Below, in pieces: positions 1-12,058 of a DNA stretch of 64,000 nt; within the stretch, counting starts at the first letter, position 1, and each line of letters opens with the position of its first letter. This stretch comes from Vicugna vicugna (Eukaryota). The notes below the pieces were generated by a model. It saw only the letters and a program-made list of their open reading frames with translations, was not told where the DNA came from and did no database searches. Location: positions 2,396,158 to 2,460,157 of the forward strand of contig MU058781.1 in the NCBI GenBank assembly GCA_013265495.1, in the 5' to 3' direction. The position numbers were made by a program, and so were the translations under genes.

Positions 1-1179
1 CTCCACTTTTTCTGTTTAGCACCATAGAACTTCTTTTAATAGACCTTTTTTTTTTTTGAGATTATAATATCAGCCTGCTTTTACGGGCATTGTGAGAAAC
101 AAACCTGTGAAGTTTGGTGTTGGACATGCTTTCTTGATCTAACCAAGGACTCCATCCACTGAATCATTATACAGATTCTTCTTGCCGAGGACCCATGGAA
201 AGAAATTCTTTCAGCACAGGAAAGGTTGTGTCTTGACCTTGTAAGTATTTTATTAATCAGATAAATAATTGCATCTCCTCTTTTTTTGTTGGCTACCGGA
301 AAGTTCACAGTCATGTCTTATCCGTGGTTTTCTGAAAGCTGTGCCCTTCCTAGTGGCCCACCTATTGTAGACTAACATCTCCTTTGATTTGATTTGATTT
401 TCCTGGTACTTATTTTTATTTTACTAGATCACTTTCTTTTATTTTTATCTTATGTCTTAATGTATTAAGATATAAATAATTACATATTCTGTACGTCTCT
501 ATAAATCATTTTTAGAACAAGTAATAATAGAATTTAACAAATAACTGTAGAATTTGTCAGAAAAAGGACATTTTTAAACCAAGAAGAAGTAATGTAGACA
601 AGATGGAGATAAAGGCCCTTAAATGACAGCTGAAGTAGATGAAGAAACTCATGAAAATGTGCTTATTTGGGCTATGGCTACTTTTTAGGAAGATGCGTTA
701 TTTTGAATTGTCTTCTGGACATGCTTTGGAAGTTGGGAGGCTGAGGGAGCAGGAAATTTATGGAAATTCTGTAAACTTCTCTTTGACACAGGAATCACTT
801 CTCACTCTTCTGTGCACATTTCATGCTTCTAAATGTCAACAGAAATGCCAATTTATATTTTCTGGGGTTTGAGGAACAGGAAACCTTTAGTTATTAAGTT
901 CTGCCTTTTGTTAAATTTAAATTAATCCCGCATTTGCTCAGGGAGGTCAAAACCAAGTTGTCAGCCCATAATCCTTTGCTTCAGGCCTCATCCTTTTTTG
1001 TACAGGAAAAAATCTTGAAGTAGTTCTTACTCCTTAAATTCTCAAAGATGTTTCGATGTGCTCTGAAGCACACTGACTGCCATGGGGAAGATAATTTTCA
1101 GTGAACATTACTTCCAACGGACAGTCAAGGTTTTTAGTCACTAAGTAGACCACATACATTGCCTGCTCTTTGCTAGCAG

Positions 1180-1682
1180 ACTTTCCTCTGGAAAATCACA
1201 CCCCTCCCTCATCAGTCCATGTGCCTCCAGATAGAGTTGAGTCCACTGCCAGCCCCAGCAATGGGGTCACCTTGGTCTTTAGGCCAGTAAGTAAATCCCA
1301 TGCCCTGGCCATAGTGATTGGTTCATATTCACAGCCAATAATAGGTTTTGGGGAGCCAACTGGGAAAGATAGAGAGCCAGACTTTCTTTTCCACTAGTTT
1401 TAATGACATGAAGATTTAACACTTGTAGCTGCTTGGACCATCTGGAGAAAGTCTGGATCTACTGACAGCAACACACGCTACCTGGATTAGGACTAATTCA
1501 AAGGTGAGAGTGCCATAGAAAGGAGCAAAAGGACAATATACTTAAAGCCTAAAGAAGGTAATGCCGGAAACTACCCTTGCCCATTATTAGTCTTCCTGGT
1601 AACTGAGTCAATACATTGATTTTGGCTTAAGCTAGTTTTGAATGGGTGTTTCATCAGTTGTGTGCTACCTGGAATATCCCGA
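1180..1682 (+). mobile_element. Old MaLR LTR (MLT1K/L-like)
   Basis: Recognisable motifs 'cccatgccctggccatagtgattggttca' and 3' end 'tttggcttaagctagttttgaatgggtgtttc'; boundaries approximate. Confidence 0.6.
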
Positions 1683-2068
1683 GTCAGATTTTCTTTTACC
1701 TTCCTGCCTGCCATTGGCAGATAAAACAAAGCAGTTTTTCTGTTTCTCTGTATCTCTTCTAGTCAATTTACAGGTCCCACACTTATTTGCATCGTTTCCT
1801 TCATTCTCATGCCCTTTACCCTTTTAAACTTTGAGCTGTATATGATTGTTTTCCCTTCTATGCATTTCTTCCTTGACAGTGAACTTCAGGCAGCTATCTG
1901 AAGGCTAGTAAGGATAGGTGAGAATTTATATATGAGCCTGTTTGTTGGAAACAAAGGAAAGCATGCTACAGTCATTTTCACATTTCTTAAATTGCTCTTC
2001 CAGGTCTTCAGAAAGTCTGCCAAATGGGGAACCACGATCCAGTTTACAGCAGGTCTAGACCCTACAAT

Positions 2069-2258
2069 TCAGTGTTTGCAAAGTGTGGTTCAGGATCCCC
2101 TGAATTCGGAATCACTGGGGTGCACAATGCAAAAGCAGATTACCAGGCTTCCTCCCAGCCTTGAAATCCTAATCTCTAGGAGTTTGATTTGGTAATCTCA
2201 GTTTTAATAAACTCCCCAGGTAGTTCATAATGCGTAGTGATGTTTGAGAACACCTACT
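2069..2258. mobile_element. hAT-Charlie MITE, MER5A/B-like
   Basis: Starts 'cagtgtttgcaaagtgtgg', internal 'ttttaataaactccccaggt', ends 'tttgagaacac'; flanked by ctag-type target. Confidence 0.75.
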
Positions 2259-3179
2259 CTAGATTTACCCTGTCAGGAGTAGCAATAGGAAAATTACCTG
2301 TACGGTATCCTTTCACTGTAAAAAGTCTGTTCTCTTAATTCATGGGTAATGTAGCTGCTTTTAAATGTAAAAGATATGTAATTACTTAGAGTAACGGGAG
2401 GATTTTTCACTGGTTGGATTGAATGAGATACAGAAAAAAACTGAAGGAATTTCAAAAATACTTTGCATCTGATCATTCATATTGAATGTCTTTCTTCATC
2501 CAAATCAGTTTTTTTGTAATTTTGACTTCATGTCACTTTTTTAAAATGCTGCTGCACAGGCCACATTCCAGAAAGGGAATTCAGAATCTCCAAGGGTGGG
2601 ACTCAGACATTAGTACTGGGATTGTGGATGGCCCATGAGTCTGAGTTGGCTTGATTAAGACCACAGAGAAGATTATTTTCAAGGCTGTAGAGGCAAAGCC
2701 AGTGATTAAGAAGACACTGGATCTGACACAGGAGAAAAACCCATTAAATTTTTGAGACCTGGTCTGTGTCCTTTAATGAAGTCCCCACCATCATTTCTAA
2801 AATATCTCTTTATTCCTGTATACCTTTTCAAATCTCATTTTTCTGAGACCCTTAAGGCAGATTTCATAGCTAATTAACATATTCTAATTTCCCAAGGTCA
2901 TAGTCACACCAGAAATCAATTTTTTATTTTTCATGAATTACTATACACTCATCCAATTATATTCTTATCACAGAAATATATATATAGATATATGTATTTA
3001 AATTCACTATTCCCACTCTAGCAGATAAAAATCAAAGGAAAAGAGCCTCCTTTTCCCAAATCCGCTGTGGGAGGCTGAGGGTGTTAGATGGATAACATTC
3101 CTGTCGACCTAATGGCCTTCATAAGCTCAGCAGTGTAAAACTATGTGGGCACAGGTATGGGGCCAAATGTTCTAGTACT

Positions 3180-3665
3180 TCCTTTTTCCTGGTGACAGAA
3201 TGTCACAGCATTACAGCTGAACTGTGGCTCGATTAATTGATTCAGAATGATTCCTGTTGAGCAATTGTCTTCTCTAAAGGAATGCCAGCGCAGTCAGCTA
3301 GCAACTGTCACGTCATATCAAGTATGAATTATGCTGTATAATGGGTTCAGGTGCTCATATAAATTGACTGTCATAAAATCCTTGTGTGTGATAATTCAGT
3401 GAAATCATCTCATTCAGATGATGAAAACAAAGGAGCAGAATAGTGACAAGAGAAATGAAGGTGATAACCTCCACAATGCTGACAAGAAAGCGGTGTCTAA
3501 AAACTGCTGCTAATTTATTGTTCACTCGGCTCGGGAATCAGCAGCCCCCCCACCCCCACCCCGCCAAAATATTCTCAGGCTCGGTGATGATGTTATGACG
3601 GAAGACAAAGTAGAAAACTCTCCTGCGCTGTCAGTGTGAATTGATTACAGCCAGTTGTCAATGAG
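3180..3665. promoter_or_regulatory. Candidate developmental enhancer / conserved non-coding element
   Basis: Repeat-free, CpG-retaining island with clustered TGACAG/CTGTCA (3193, 3305, 3368, 3628), composite CTGTCATAAA (3368-3377), TTGATTACAG (3641) and TAAT/TTTATTG cores. Confidence 0.45.
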
Positions 3666-3669
3666 TATC

Positions 3670-4180
3670 AAAATATGTATGAAAATATATTATTGTGTGA
3701 ATCCTTTGACACCAGTTATTTTCACTTCTAGGAATTTACCCCAAGGAGATACGTCATAGTGCAAAATATTATATGCACAAGAGTCTTCACTATATCATTG
3801 TTTAGATTAGAAAAAATTGCAGAACATAAATATTTACAGCAAAGGGTTATATATGGGACATGTCTGTAAAGATCTATGAAAACATTAAAATGAGGAATAA
3901 ATTATAAATTGACATGGAAAAAAGTTCAATAGTGACTATAAATAAAATACATAGAACAGTATAAATAGTTACACTCCATTTATACAAAATGATATGTATG
4001 TATCTACATGTGTATATAAAATAGGGAAATGTCTGAAAGGATGTTCATTGAAATTTTAATAATAGTTTCCTCTGAATGGCAGAATCTAGGGTGATTTTTA
4101 TTTTATGTTATTTCCATGTTGCTTGAATTTTAACAACGAACATTCAGCAATTTTTCAAAAACAATAAAGCTTTTAAAAAG
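3670..4180 (+). mobile_element. Ancient L1 3' end (L1ME-type)
   Basis: 'atcctttgacacc..cacttctaggaatttaccccaaggagat' and 3'UTR 'atagtttcctctgaatggcagaatctagggtgattttta'. Confidence 0.65.
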
Positions 4181-5479
4181 AAAAGAATATGATAAACTGT
4201 ATGTGAGCACAAATGAGGCTGAGGAATTTGAAAGGATTCTTATGATTACACCTCCATTCAGAGATGATGATAATGATGATGATGGGTGAATTGCATAATA
4301 ATCATGTATGATAGCAAAAACATTAATTTACAATTTATTGAGAGTAGCAATGTGCATTCAGCACCATAAGAAACAATAGTAATAAGCAAACTCAAAACTG
4401 AACTAAATACGTAAACACAAGAGCATCTGCAAGCAGATCACACTGGGGCGATCATGGCCATTTTTGTGGGGAAAATAACCCATGACATGTGAGAACTGCA
4501 ATGTTAGAGTAATGAGCACGGTTTAACACAATTTAGGAGAGTTTATCTTGGCCAAGGAAAGGCTTTCTGGAGGAAATGGATGTGAGAGGTGAATTTAAAA
4601 GTGTGAGTTAGACAGCTTGCTGGAGAGGAAGTCAAATAGGATATTTCGTAGAGCCCAAAGGAAGGAAGAGGAATATTTTTGCCTCGGGATTTCCAAAGAA
4701 TAAATGTGAAATGTCTCTCTATTCCATGGTTGCTGCCAAAGTCTGTAGCTGAGCTCTGTCAGACAGTCAAACTTCCCTTAAGATGCGTTGGCAGGTTCAT
4801 TGTACAGAAACTACTGTGGAGAGAGATCACCCTCAGAAAAATCACATAAGCAAATCCTTCGGGAAGCCTGTGTTGTCTCTTTTCCAACTACAAAGATATT
4901 ATTGAGTGCACAGCACAGTGGAAGCACTAAAGGAATGCTTTGCATTACCATACAACAGTCTTACAGGTAGGCTGAGGCTGTATTGACTTGAATGATGTTA
5001 TTTCGAGGGTGTCAAGCAGTTCTTGTCCCCAAATAATCCCTGGCTGGTCCTCAGAACCTGAAACTCCTTTAAATATTTATTTCATTTTGTTGATGTTATT
5101 GCTTCTCTGGAAAAGGGGCAACAAAATAACTCTTTATCAGCCAGTAATGACTTATCATGGTTTCCATTATCAGAAAATAGAATACCCAGGGACTAGAATA
5201 TAGTAAAAATATTTTGATGGAGTTGGATGGCACTGGTCAGTCCTTTGGGTGCTACCCAGCTAGGCCTGTTGGAGAACTATAATGTCAGGTAGGTAGGTAT
5301 AGATAAGACTTTTTAAAATATATAATGTTTTAATATAGAAAACAAGATTTTTAACTGAGTATGTATATATATAATACAAGTTTGCTCAAATGTTGAAAGC
5401 AGACAAATGACTTTTGCAACTCATAACCAGGTACAATACTTATCACATTTTGTAGGTATTTATTTTGTATAATATCACA

Positions 5480-5640
5480 GTTGTGATTACTCTCTACCTT
5501 CTCTTCCAGCTCGTAAGTTCCATGTGGGTTAGGTCACTTCTGCTTCGTTCCCCTCTGTACTTCCAGCAGCTCCTGGCCCAGTGCCTGGCACATAGTAAGT
5601 GTTCAGTAATATTCTGTGAATCAACGTAGAATGAATGGGA
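5480..5640 (+). mobile_element. L2 3' end fragment
   Basis: 'cagtgcctggcacatagtaagtgttcagtaatattctgtgaat' is the typical L2 terminus. Confidence 0.75.
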
Positions 5641-6919
5641 CACTAGACAAAGACCAAATACTCAAGGAGTAAGAGTTGAGAGAAAGAATTTGCTGGAAAG
5701 AGAAGCCCCAAAGTGGAATAACCTACTTTGCAGTTTTGTCTTGGGTTTGAACTAAATATATATCATCTTGATCTTTTAAAGATCACTGTCACTTTCTCTT
5801 CCTGTGTTACTTCTAGTTTTTCCTGCTATGCGACTTTGGGATGACAATTACCCTTCTAACAAAAGGTGAATTAAATTTACAGAGTAGAACTCCAAATGAT
5901 CAGAGTCAAAGAAAATATTAGTCTGTTCAGCAATGGTTGTTCTTAAATTTCCTTTTGGATTTGTATTAGCTGTGTATAATTTTTTTAAATATTCCTCTTC
6001 CTTTATTTTCCAACTTTTTACCTTCAAATTTTTTACATTAAATATTTAACAGTTTATTTCCTGTATCTTAATAATGTAGATGTCAATTTTTTCTATACTT
6101 TGAATCACCTATCAGTACCAGAAAATAATTATTCCCATTTAGCATACCTTTATTCCCTGCTACATTATCTGGAAAACGATGAGGCGAGTGGTAAGGAACT
6201 GCAGAAGTGTTATCTGTGTCATTAGTCACCCCTTACCCCAGTAAAGGGATTCCTTTACCTAACAGATGTTTACCGAGTACCTACTCTGTGCTGGGACCTG
6301 GCTTTTAGTGCTGAAAACACAGCTGGGAACTAAACAAAGTCCCTGAGAACTGACATCCAAATCTGCTCAGAGCTAGTTCTCTTAAGATTGAGGTACATTT
6401 GTTATGTAAAAGTTTGTTAAAATATGAAAAATATAACAGCCTCTTAAACGTAGTGCAATGGGGCTTTATTTACATTTCCCAGTTCAGAGATTAAAACAAT
6501 AAGACAAGCCCGTGTCATAATCATCACACATCTAAGTGATCAGTCATCATGCTCTGGACGGGAGGCACATTTACTAACCCAGAGATGGCTAGTAGCAGGA
6601 TTTGTATTGAATCTGCACACCCTCTTAGTGGAAAGTGATTCACGGTGCCCTGTTTCCAAAGCCAGTTGTGAAGAGGATGCTGCCAACATTCCAGTGCCCA
6701 GGATGTTGTCAGTGGGAGACAAGAAGACACAGGTAACATTCCTCCTTTTAAATTCCTCACCCTTAGCACTGAGTCGCTGAGTTTATCCCAAGGGCTGTAA
6801 AATTGGAGAAAAGGAAAAATTATTCTAAGTTTCCCGCATCTGCCCCCATTCCCACTCACAGCTTTCAACAGGAAACAGGAGCCCTTTGTATTTATGCTTT
6901 CAATATCCGCCATCCCTGG

Positions 6920-7040
6920 TGTCTAGGTAGAAGCAGACCCTGAGAAAAGACATTGAGTCTTAGTGGTTTATTTGGGAGGTGATCCCAGGAAATGAATCAA
7001 GGGATTGAGGCAGTGAGATAGGAAAGGGAGGAGTCAGCGA
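6920..7040 (-). mobile_element. ERVL LTR fragment (LTR33-like)
   Basis: 'agaagcagaccctgaga..gtttatttgggaggtgatcccaggaa..gtgagatagg' matches the reverse of the LTR33 3' end as recalled. Confidence 0.65.
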
Positions 7041-7199
7041 GTTCCCACTCTTGCTGCAGCGTTCCCTGCCAGTGACCCAGCCTGACGACCTGACGTTCTG
7101 ACAGGTGAGGGAGCTAGACCTTCACACGCCATGTAAGATGGCCTCCGCGCCCTGTAGGCCTCCCCTTTCCTCGCGGGGAGAGACTGGGGCTGGCTGGTG

Positions 7200-7573
7200 A
7201 CTTCCTTTTATCCATAAAAGGTGGTAGGAGTGAGGCTGGGCAAGTTCTGAGCCAGGAAGAGACCCAGAAACCTCCATTTTCACACTCTCTGAGGAAGCCA
7301 GCTGCCATCCTGTAAAGAATCTAGGTTCATGTACTAAATAATGAGATGTGTGTGGAGAGAAAGAGGCCACTTAGAGGAGTATCCAGGTGCCAGTCACGTG
7401 AAGGAGGCCTTCTTGGGCCTTGCTGCCCCTCAGCTGAGGCAACTGAGCCAGTGCTCCAAGGCCAGCTGAGCTCTGCCCAGATTTCTCACCTGCAGAGTCA
7501 TGAGAAATAGTAACAAACACTTGTTTTACAACAGTGGCTGGCTATTATTTTAGGAAGCTTGGCTGTCTGATAC
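7200..7573 (+). mobile_element. MaLR LTR (MLT1G/H-like)
   Basis: 'aagccagctgccat', 'ccagctgagctctgcccagatttctcacctgcagagtcatgagaaata', ends 'ctgataca'. Confidence 0.6.
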
Positions 7574-8118
7574 ACATACACCAGCTCTGGTCAGTTGTTG
7601 GGTGAGACTTGCTCCCAGGAGTGTTAATTTCTTGGCACTTCTGGCCTGTTTCATAGATGGGCAAAGCAGGCTTCACTTACTGAAAGATCGTTTCAGAAAA
7701 AGAAAGGCAGGTTCTCTTGGCCTGTGGATGTCAGGCCAGTGTGCACTGAGGTGGCAGAGGCACAGGGGTGTGAGCGGGGGACCGATAGCCTTGGCTGCAC
7801 CTGAGCACTGTTGCTTACTGGGTATCACAGACCTTCTGACAAACTGGGTCTTTTACGTTTCCTCTGAATCCAGAGCACTCTACTGCTTCTGTTGTCAAAA
7901 CGTAGGCCTTCCTGTTGGCCACCTGTGATCTGAGTGTTCCTAGGAAAATTCTTGCTTCCCTAGAGATTAAAATCTGCCTTTTCCCTACACCTGATCTGTT
8001 GAAGCTTCTAAGATGCCTGTTTCTTTCCTAAGACATTTAAAATTTCTATGTCTGTAGGTTTAAGGAAGAATAAAACCTAATTAAGCAGAAAGTAGTGTCT
8101 TCGGTAATATAGAATGTG

Positions 8119-8121
<3 letters not shown>

Positions 8122-8153
<32 letters not shown>
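8122..8153. repeat. (GT)16 microsatellite
   Basis: Directly visible. Confidence 0.95.
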
Positions 8154-8154
<1 letters not shown>

Positions 8155-9051
8155 GTATATGTTAGTAGAGCGAAGAATTCTAAAGAAAAGAATACAGTCT
8201 CTTCTCAAGCAGTTCGAAGTCTACAAAGAGACAGAAACCAATTAGCAAACAGTTGCCATCCAGCAACATTATTAAGATAAAGTCATTCTCCAAATGTGCT
8301 GTCCTACTGGATAAAAGTAATGTTCCATCTAAGATGGAATGCCTGTTATTTTCCTTGTTTTTCTGTTGGTGGCCATGAGGTCACCCAAAGGACCCAGTCT
8401 CTCCCCTCGTTGCCCTGGTAATCAAAAGCATGTAATTAAAAGCTCACTGGTGACAGCAATGAATGTGGTTCTGTGACCCAAGAACAGTTTTTCCTAAGCA
8501 AAGCTCATTAGACCACATTAAATCCACAATAGGTTTAAATTCACAAAGTGTACACTGGAATAATCATAAGCAGAGAGTTTTAAGCAGAGAATTCCCCAAA
8601 GGACAGAGGAGGTTTAAAACCTGTGTTTTTAAAATGTGAGGACTCTGAGTAGAGCTTGAGTTTTCCTACTGCTTACACAGAGCAGGGTTCCTTGTAGAGG
8701 ATCCTTGTAAGGGGAGGAGCCAATTATGTGAGGTTGTTGCCTGGGAGGAGAGAGAAAGATGAGAAATGGCTCAGCTCAGTATGGCTGGATTGGAAATACC
8801 CTACTGCTGGATCACATTTTTGTCTAGATGATCAAGCCAAGTCACAGTTTATTCTGTATTTTCTGTCACCTAATCCTCTGGTTCAGATCACTGGTCCAAA
8901 GAATGGGATATATGTGATTTTTTTTTTTGAGACCCTGAAATGTCAGAACTTGTTCATTTACTTCTGTTCCTGAGACAATCACCCACATGCCTTCTTTAAT
9001 TTAAAGAAATTATGGAGAGAAAGAAGATGTGTAAATTCCACGTAACTTTTA

Positions 9052-9178
9052 TTTTAAGCGGGGCAGGTAATTAGGTTTATTTATTTATTTATTTTTCACG
9101 GAGGTACTGGGGATTGAGAACCCAGGACCTCGTGCATGCTAGCCATATACTCTACCACTGAGCTGTACCCTCCCCTGG
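9052..9178 (-). mobile_element. Camelid tRNA-derived SINE (Vic-1 type)
   Basis: Reverse strand reads GGGGAGGGTACAGCTCAGTGGTAGAG...GGTCCTGGGTTC..ATCCCCAGTACCTCC plus an AATAAAT tail; 15-bp TSD tccacgtaactttta (9037-9051) / tccacataactttta (9179-9193). Confidence 0.92.
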
Positions 9179-9489
9179 TCCACATAACTTTTAAAGTAGA
9201 CTCAAATTCTTCTGTTTTGACCAGGCTTTGGAGCATCTCCCTAAACCTCCTCCCAAATGCTCCGAGAACTAAGCCCTAAAGCAGCCCCTGGAATTTTCCC
9301 CCTTCCAGATGTTTGCCGAGAGGACAGAAAAGGAAGGTGGTGAGTGGGCCGAGCAGACATGGCAGCTGGTTGTCCGAAACCCAGACAGCTGTAACCGAAC
9401 CTGCAAAGGACAATGGTGGATTGCTTATGGAAGCTGGTGGATAATGAGGTGGCTTCACACCCTCCCAGGAGCAAACCTGCTGGACTTGG

Positions 9490-9635
9490 AGCAGAGTTTT
9501 TAAACTCGCAGCCTCTGTGTTCCTACCTGAATAAAGAGGATGATAGTAGTCCCTGCCTCGCAGAGGTGTTGTCAGAATACGTTGCCCGGTGCCTGTGATA
9601 AAAGAGCACACATCGAATGCTAGCTCTTCTCAGTT
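9490..9635 (+). mobile_element. MIR fragment
   Basis: 'cagcctctgtgttcctacctgaataaagaggatgatagtagtccctgcctcgcagaggtgttgt' resembles the MIR core. Confidence 0.6.
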
Positions 9636-10803
9636 GTCACTGGCAGCCTGCACAGGCAGTGTGGGCCATTCCTAACATGATGTGCTTTCAGGAGGACTGG
9701 CATATGTCTCCGCACGCAGAGATTTTCCCAGTCAGCCCTTCTTGATGCCTGAAGTTCCTTATTAGAGAACTCTGGTTTCTTAAGAAATGTCCTTTGTTAA
9801 AAATGCAGCTTAGCAGATCCTGAAATGCCTTGTAATGCTTCCCCACTCCCATGAATGTGTTGTGTGCAAGACACGCCCCATCCTGGGGGTGGGTGTCCTG
9901 GGATCCTCAGGACACACGTGCTGCACTGTTTTGGTGGGGCAGCAACCTCCCTGTATGTATCAGTGCGTAAGCATGGCACAATGCTGTGTGTCCAAAAACT
10001 GGGCTTCAGGGGGGCTATGATTCACCTGAAGTTAGATGCACAGTTGTCTTGGTGCATTTGTGAGCTCTGGGGGCTGGAGGATCCATAGCTTTCATTGGAT
10101 TCTCAAAAGGCTCTGTAACTAAAGAACTCCTGTAGTGGAAACAGCAGCCAAACCAGCCGTCCACAGCCTCTGTCAAGCGCAGCAGGTTTGTGGGGCCTGG
10201 AGAAATCCCAGAGTGTGTTCCAGCTGGGGATGGAAGAGACAAGTGGACAGTCAGATAGGGCCGGGACGCTCTGCTGTGTCAGTGTGAGAGCAGACAGGGC
10301 GAGAGCCAGACCCACCCCTGTTGACTCACGGCTTGCTTCTGGAAGCTGCCCTGAAGGGAGCACGCAGATAGAGGTTCCAGTAACTGTCTCAGCTCAGGAA
10401 GGGCTTGGCCTGGGGTTAGGGTGAAGCCTTAGGACTCCCAGCCGTGGTGTAACCCTGGGCCTCGGGGGTTCTGAGTTCTGACGAAGGATTACCCTGGAGG
10501 TTCCTTAAAGTCTCTGTCTATTCTATAGTGAAGTCATTCTAATGAGTCCTTAGGTTTTTCCTCATTGAGTATCTCTTCGTCATTAAATATTTCTCCCTGC
10601 CTGAAGCTTAAGTAATATGGGGTAGAATTGTCAAGTAAAATACAGGGCCGCTAAATAAATGCAAATTTCAGAAAAATAATGAATAATTTTATTTTATACG
10701 TCCCAAATACTGCCTGGGACATACAAATGCTATAAAACCACTCACTATTTACCTGAAATTCCCATTTGACTGGGAGTTCTGTATTTTTATTTGCTAAATC
10801 TGG

Positions 10804-11588
10804 TGTTATGGGCTGAATTGTGTCCTCCCAAAATTCATATGTTGAAGTTCTAACCCCCCAGGACCTCAGAAAGTGACCTTAGATGGAGATAAGTTCTGTG
10901 AAGAGGTAATTAAGTTAGAATAATGTCGTTGGGATGGGCCCTAATCCAAATGACTGGTATTTGGACAGGTACAGAGGGAAGACCATGCACAGACAGGGAG
11001 AAGGGGGCCATCTGCAAGCCGAGGAAGAGAGGCCTCAGAAGAAACCAGAGCTGCCAACACCTTGACTTCCAGCCTCCAGAACTGTAAGAAAACAATTTTT
11101 TGTTGTTTAAGCCACCTGGTCTGTGGTATTTGCTGTGGCACCTGTGGACAAAGAATGTTGCCCGTCATCAAGCCATCAGCACTACAGACACCCCCAGCGG
11201 TGCACCCTGAGGGGAAATCGGGATGGAGAAAAACAGGACAGTGGCCCTAGATGGTTAAGATTCATATCAAAGGAATAATTTCAATAAGCGCAGACTCTTG
11301 CATCTTCCCATACATAGGAAAGCACTAAAATCATTAACTTGAGGGGTCTGGTTTTTGTGATTAGCAGTAATCTTCTGGTGTTCAACTACATGAGTTTTGG
11401 AGTTTTTTTCAGCAACAACTCCTGTATATCCTGGTTCCTCCCTTACCTCTTGGGAACAATTCCTCGTCGCTATCAGAGAGGCTGTCTCCTGAGCTATAGT
11501 TCTCAGTAAGGTCCCTGAATGAAACATAACTCTCAAGTTTTAGGTTGTGCAGTTTTTTTCCAGTTGACACATCCCTAGCAGTCTAACA
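10804..11588 (+). mobile_element. MLT1B MaLR solo LTR (pieces 10804-11142 and 11570-11588)
   Basis: Starts TGTTATGGGCTGAATTGTGTCC, ends 'ccctagcagtctaaca'; 5-bp TSD tctgg/tctag. Confidence 0.88.
11143..11569 (+). mobile_element. ERV1 solo LTR, cetartiodactyl MER41-like
   Basis: TG...CA termini (tgtggaca...gttgaca), 4-bp TSD cacc/catc, internal 'gactcttgcatcttcccatacataggaaagcactaaaatcattaacttgag'. Confidence 0.85.
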
Positions 11589-11844
11589 TCTAGCAACCGT
11601 ATTTGGCAAGCACAGTTCAACATTATGAATACTGAGTTAAGAACAAATGTGAAGATTTATTAGAATGAGAAAAGAAATCACAGCGAATTACCCGAAACTT
11701 GGAGATTTGAGTCCCATTTTCAGAGACCCCCTTAGGCAACTAGAACACCCTGCAGCTCTGGAACTCAGAGATCCCTGCAAGCGGAGGCTCTCAAGCTTGA
11801 GCTTGATTAACACTGTGGTCCGTTTAAATCTGCTGGAGGTTTAC

Positions 11845-12058
11845 GTCTTTTCTGAAGCTTTCTCTGTTGATTTTCCTGGTTTCACTTGGTTTTCATGGCA
11901 GTCTCAAATTACACAATTGGGTAATTTTGTAACTCTGTCTCTTCATCTTTTAGTTTTTAGTCTCTTTTCTCTCTTCTGAGGGTTAGGTTTTTTAGCTCTT
12001 CAATTGCATGTAAAAACAGATCTTAATGTTTGTAAACTGTAAGTTTTTCAAATAAAAA
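11845..12058 (-). pseudogene. Candidate decayed exon of SFI1-repeat-like gene
   Basis: Possible acceptors at 12059 or 12037, weak donor GAC|GTAAAC; reads LQTLRSVFTCN*RAK (stop near the expected W position). Confidence 0.3.

Larger units (their letters stand above)
10623..11601. mobile_element. MER53 palindromic MITE, split by nested LTRs (pieces 10623-10803 and 11594-11601)
   Basis: 'taaaatacagg..gtcccaaatactgcctgggacatac..ctgtatttttatttgctaaatctgg' resumes as 'caaccgta' after the LTR. Confidence 0.85.

Noticed and set aside
8410..8560. Second homeodomain-motif cluster (TAATTA, TGACAG, CATTAG)
   Set aside because: Too few motifs to distinguish from AT-rich background without conservation data.
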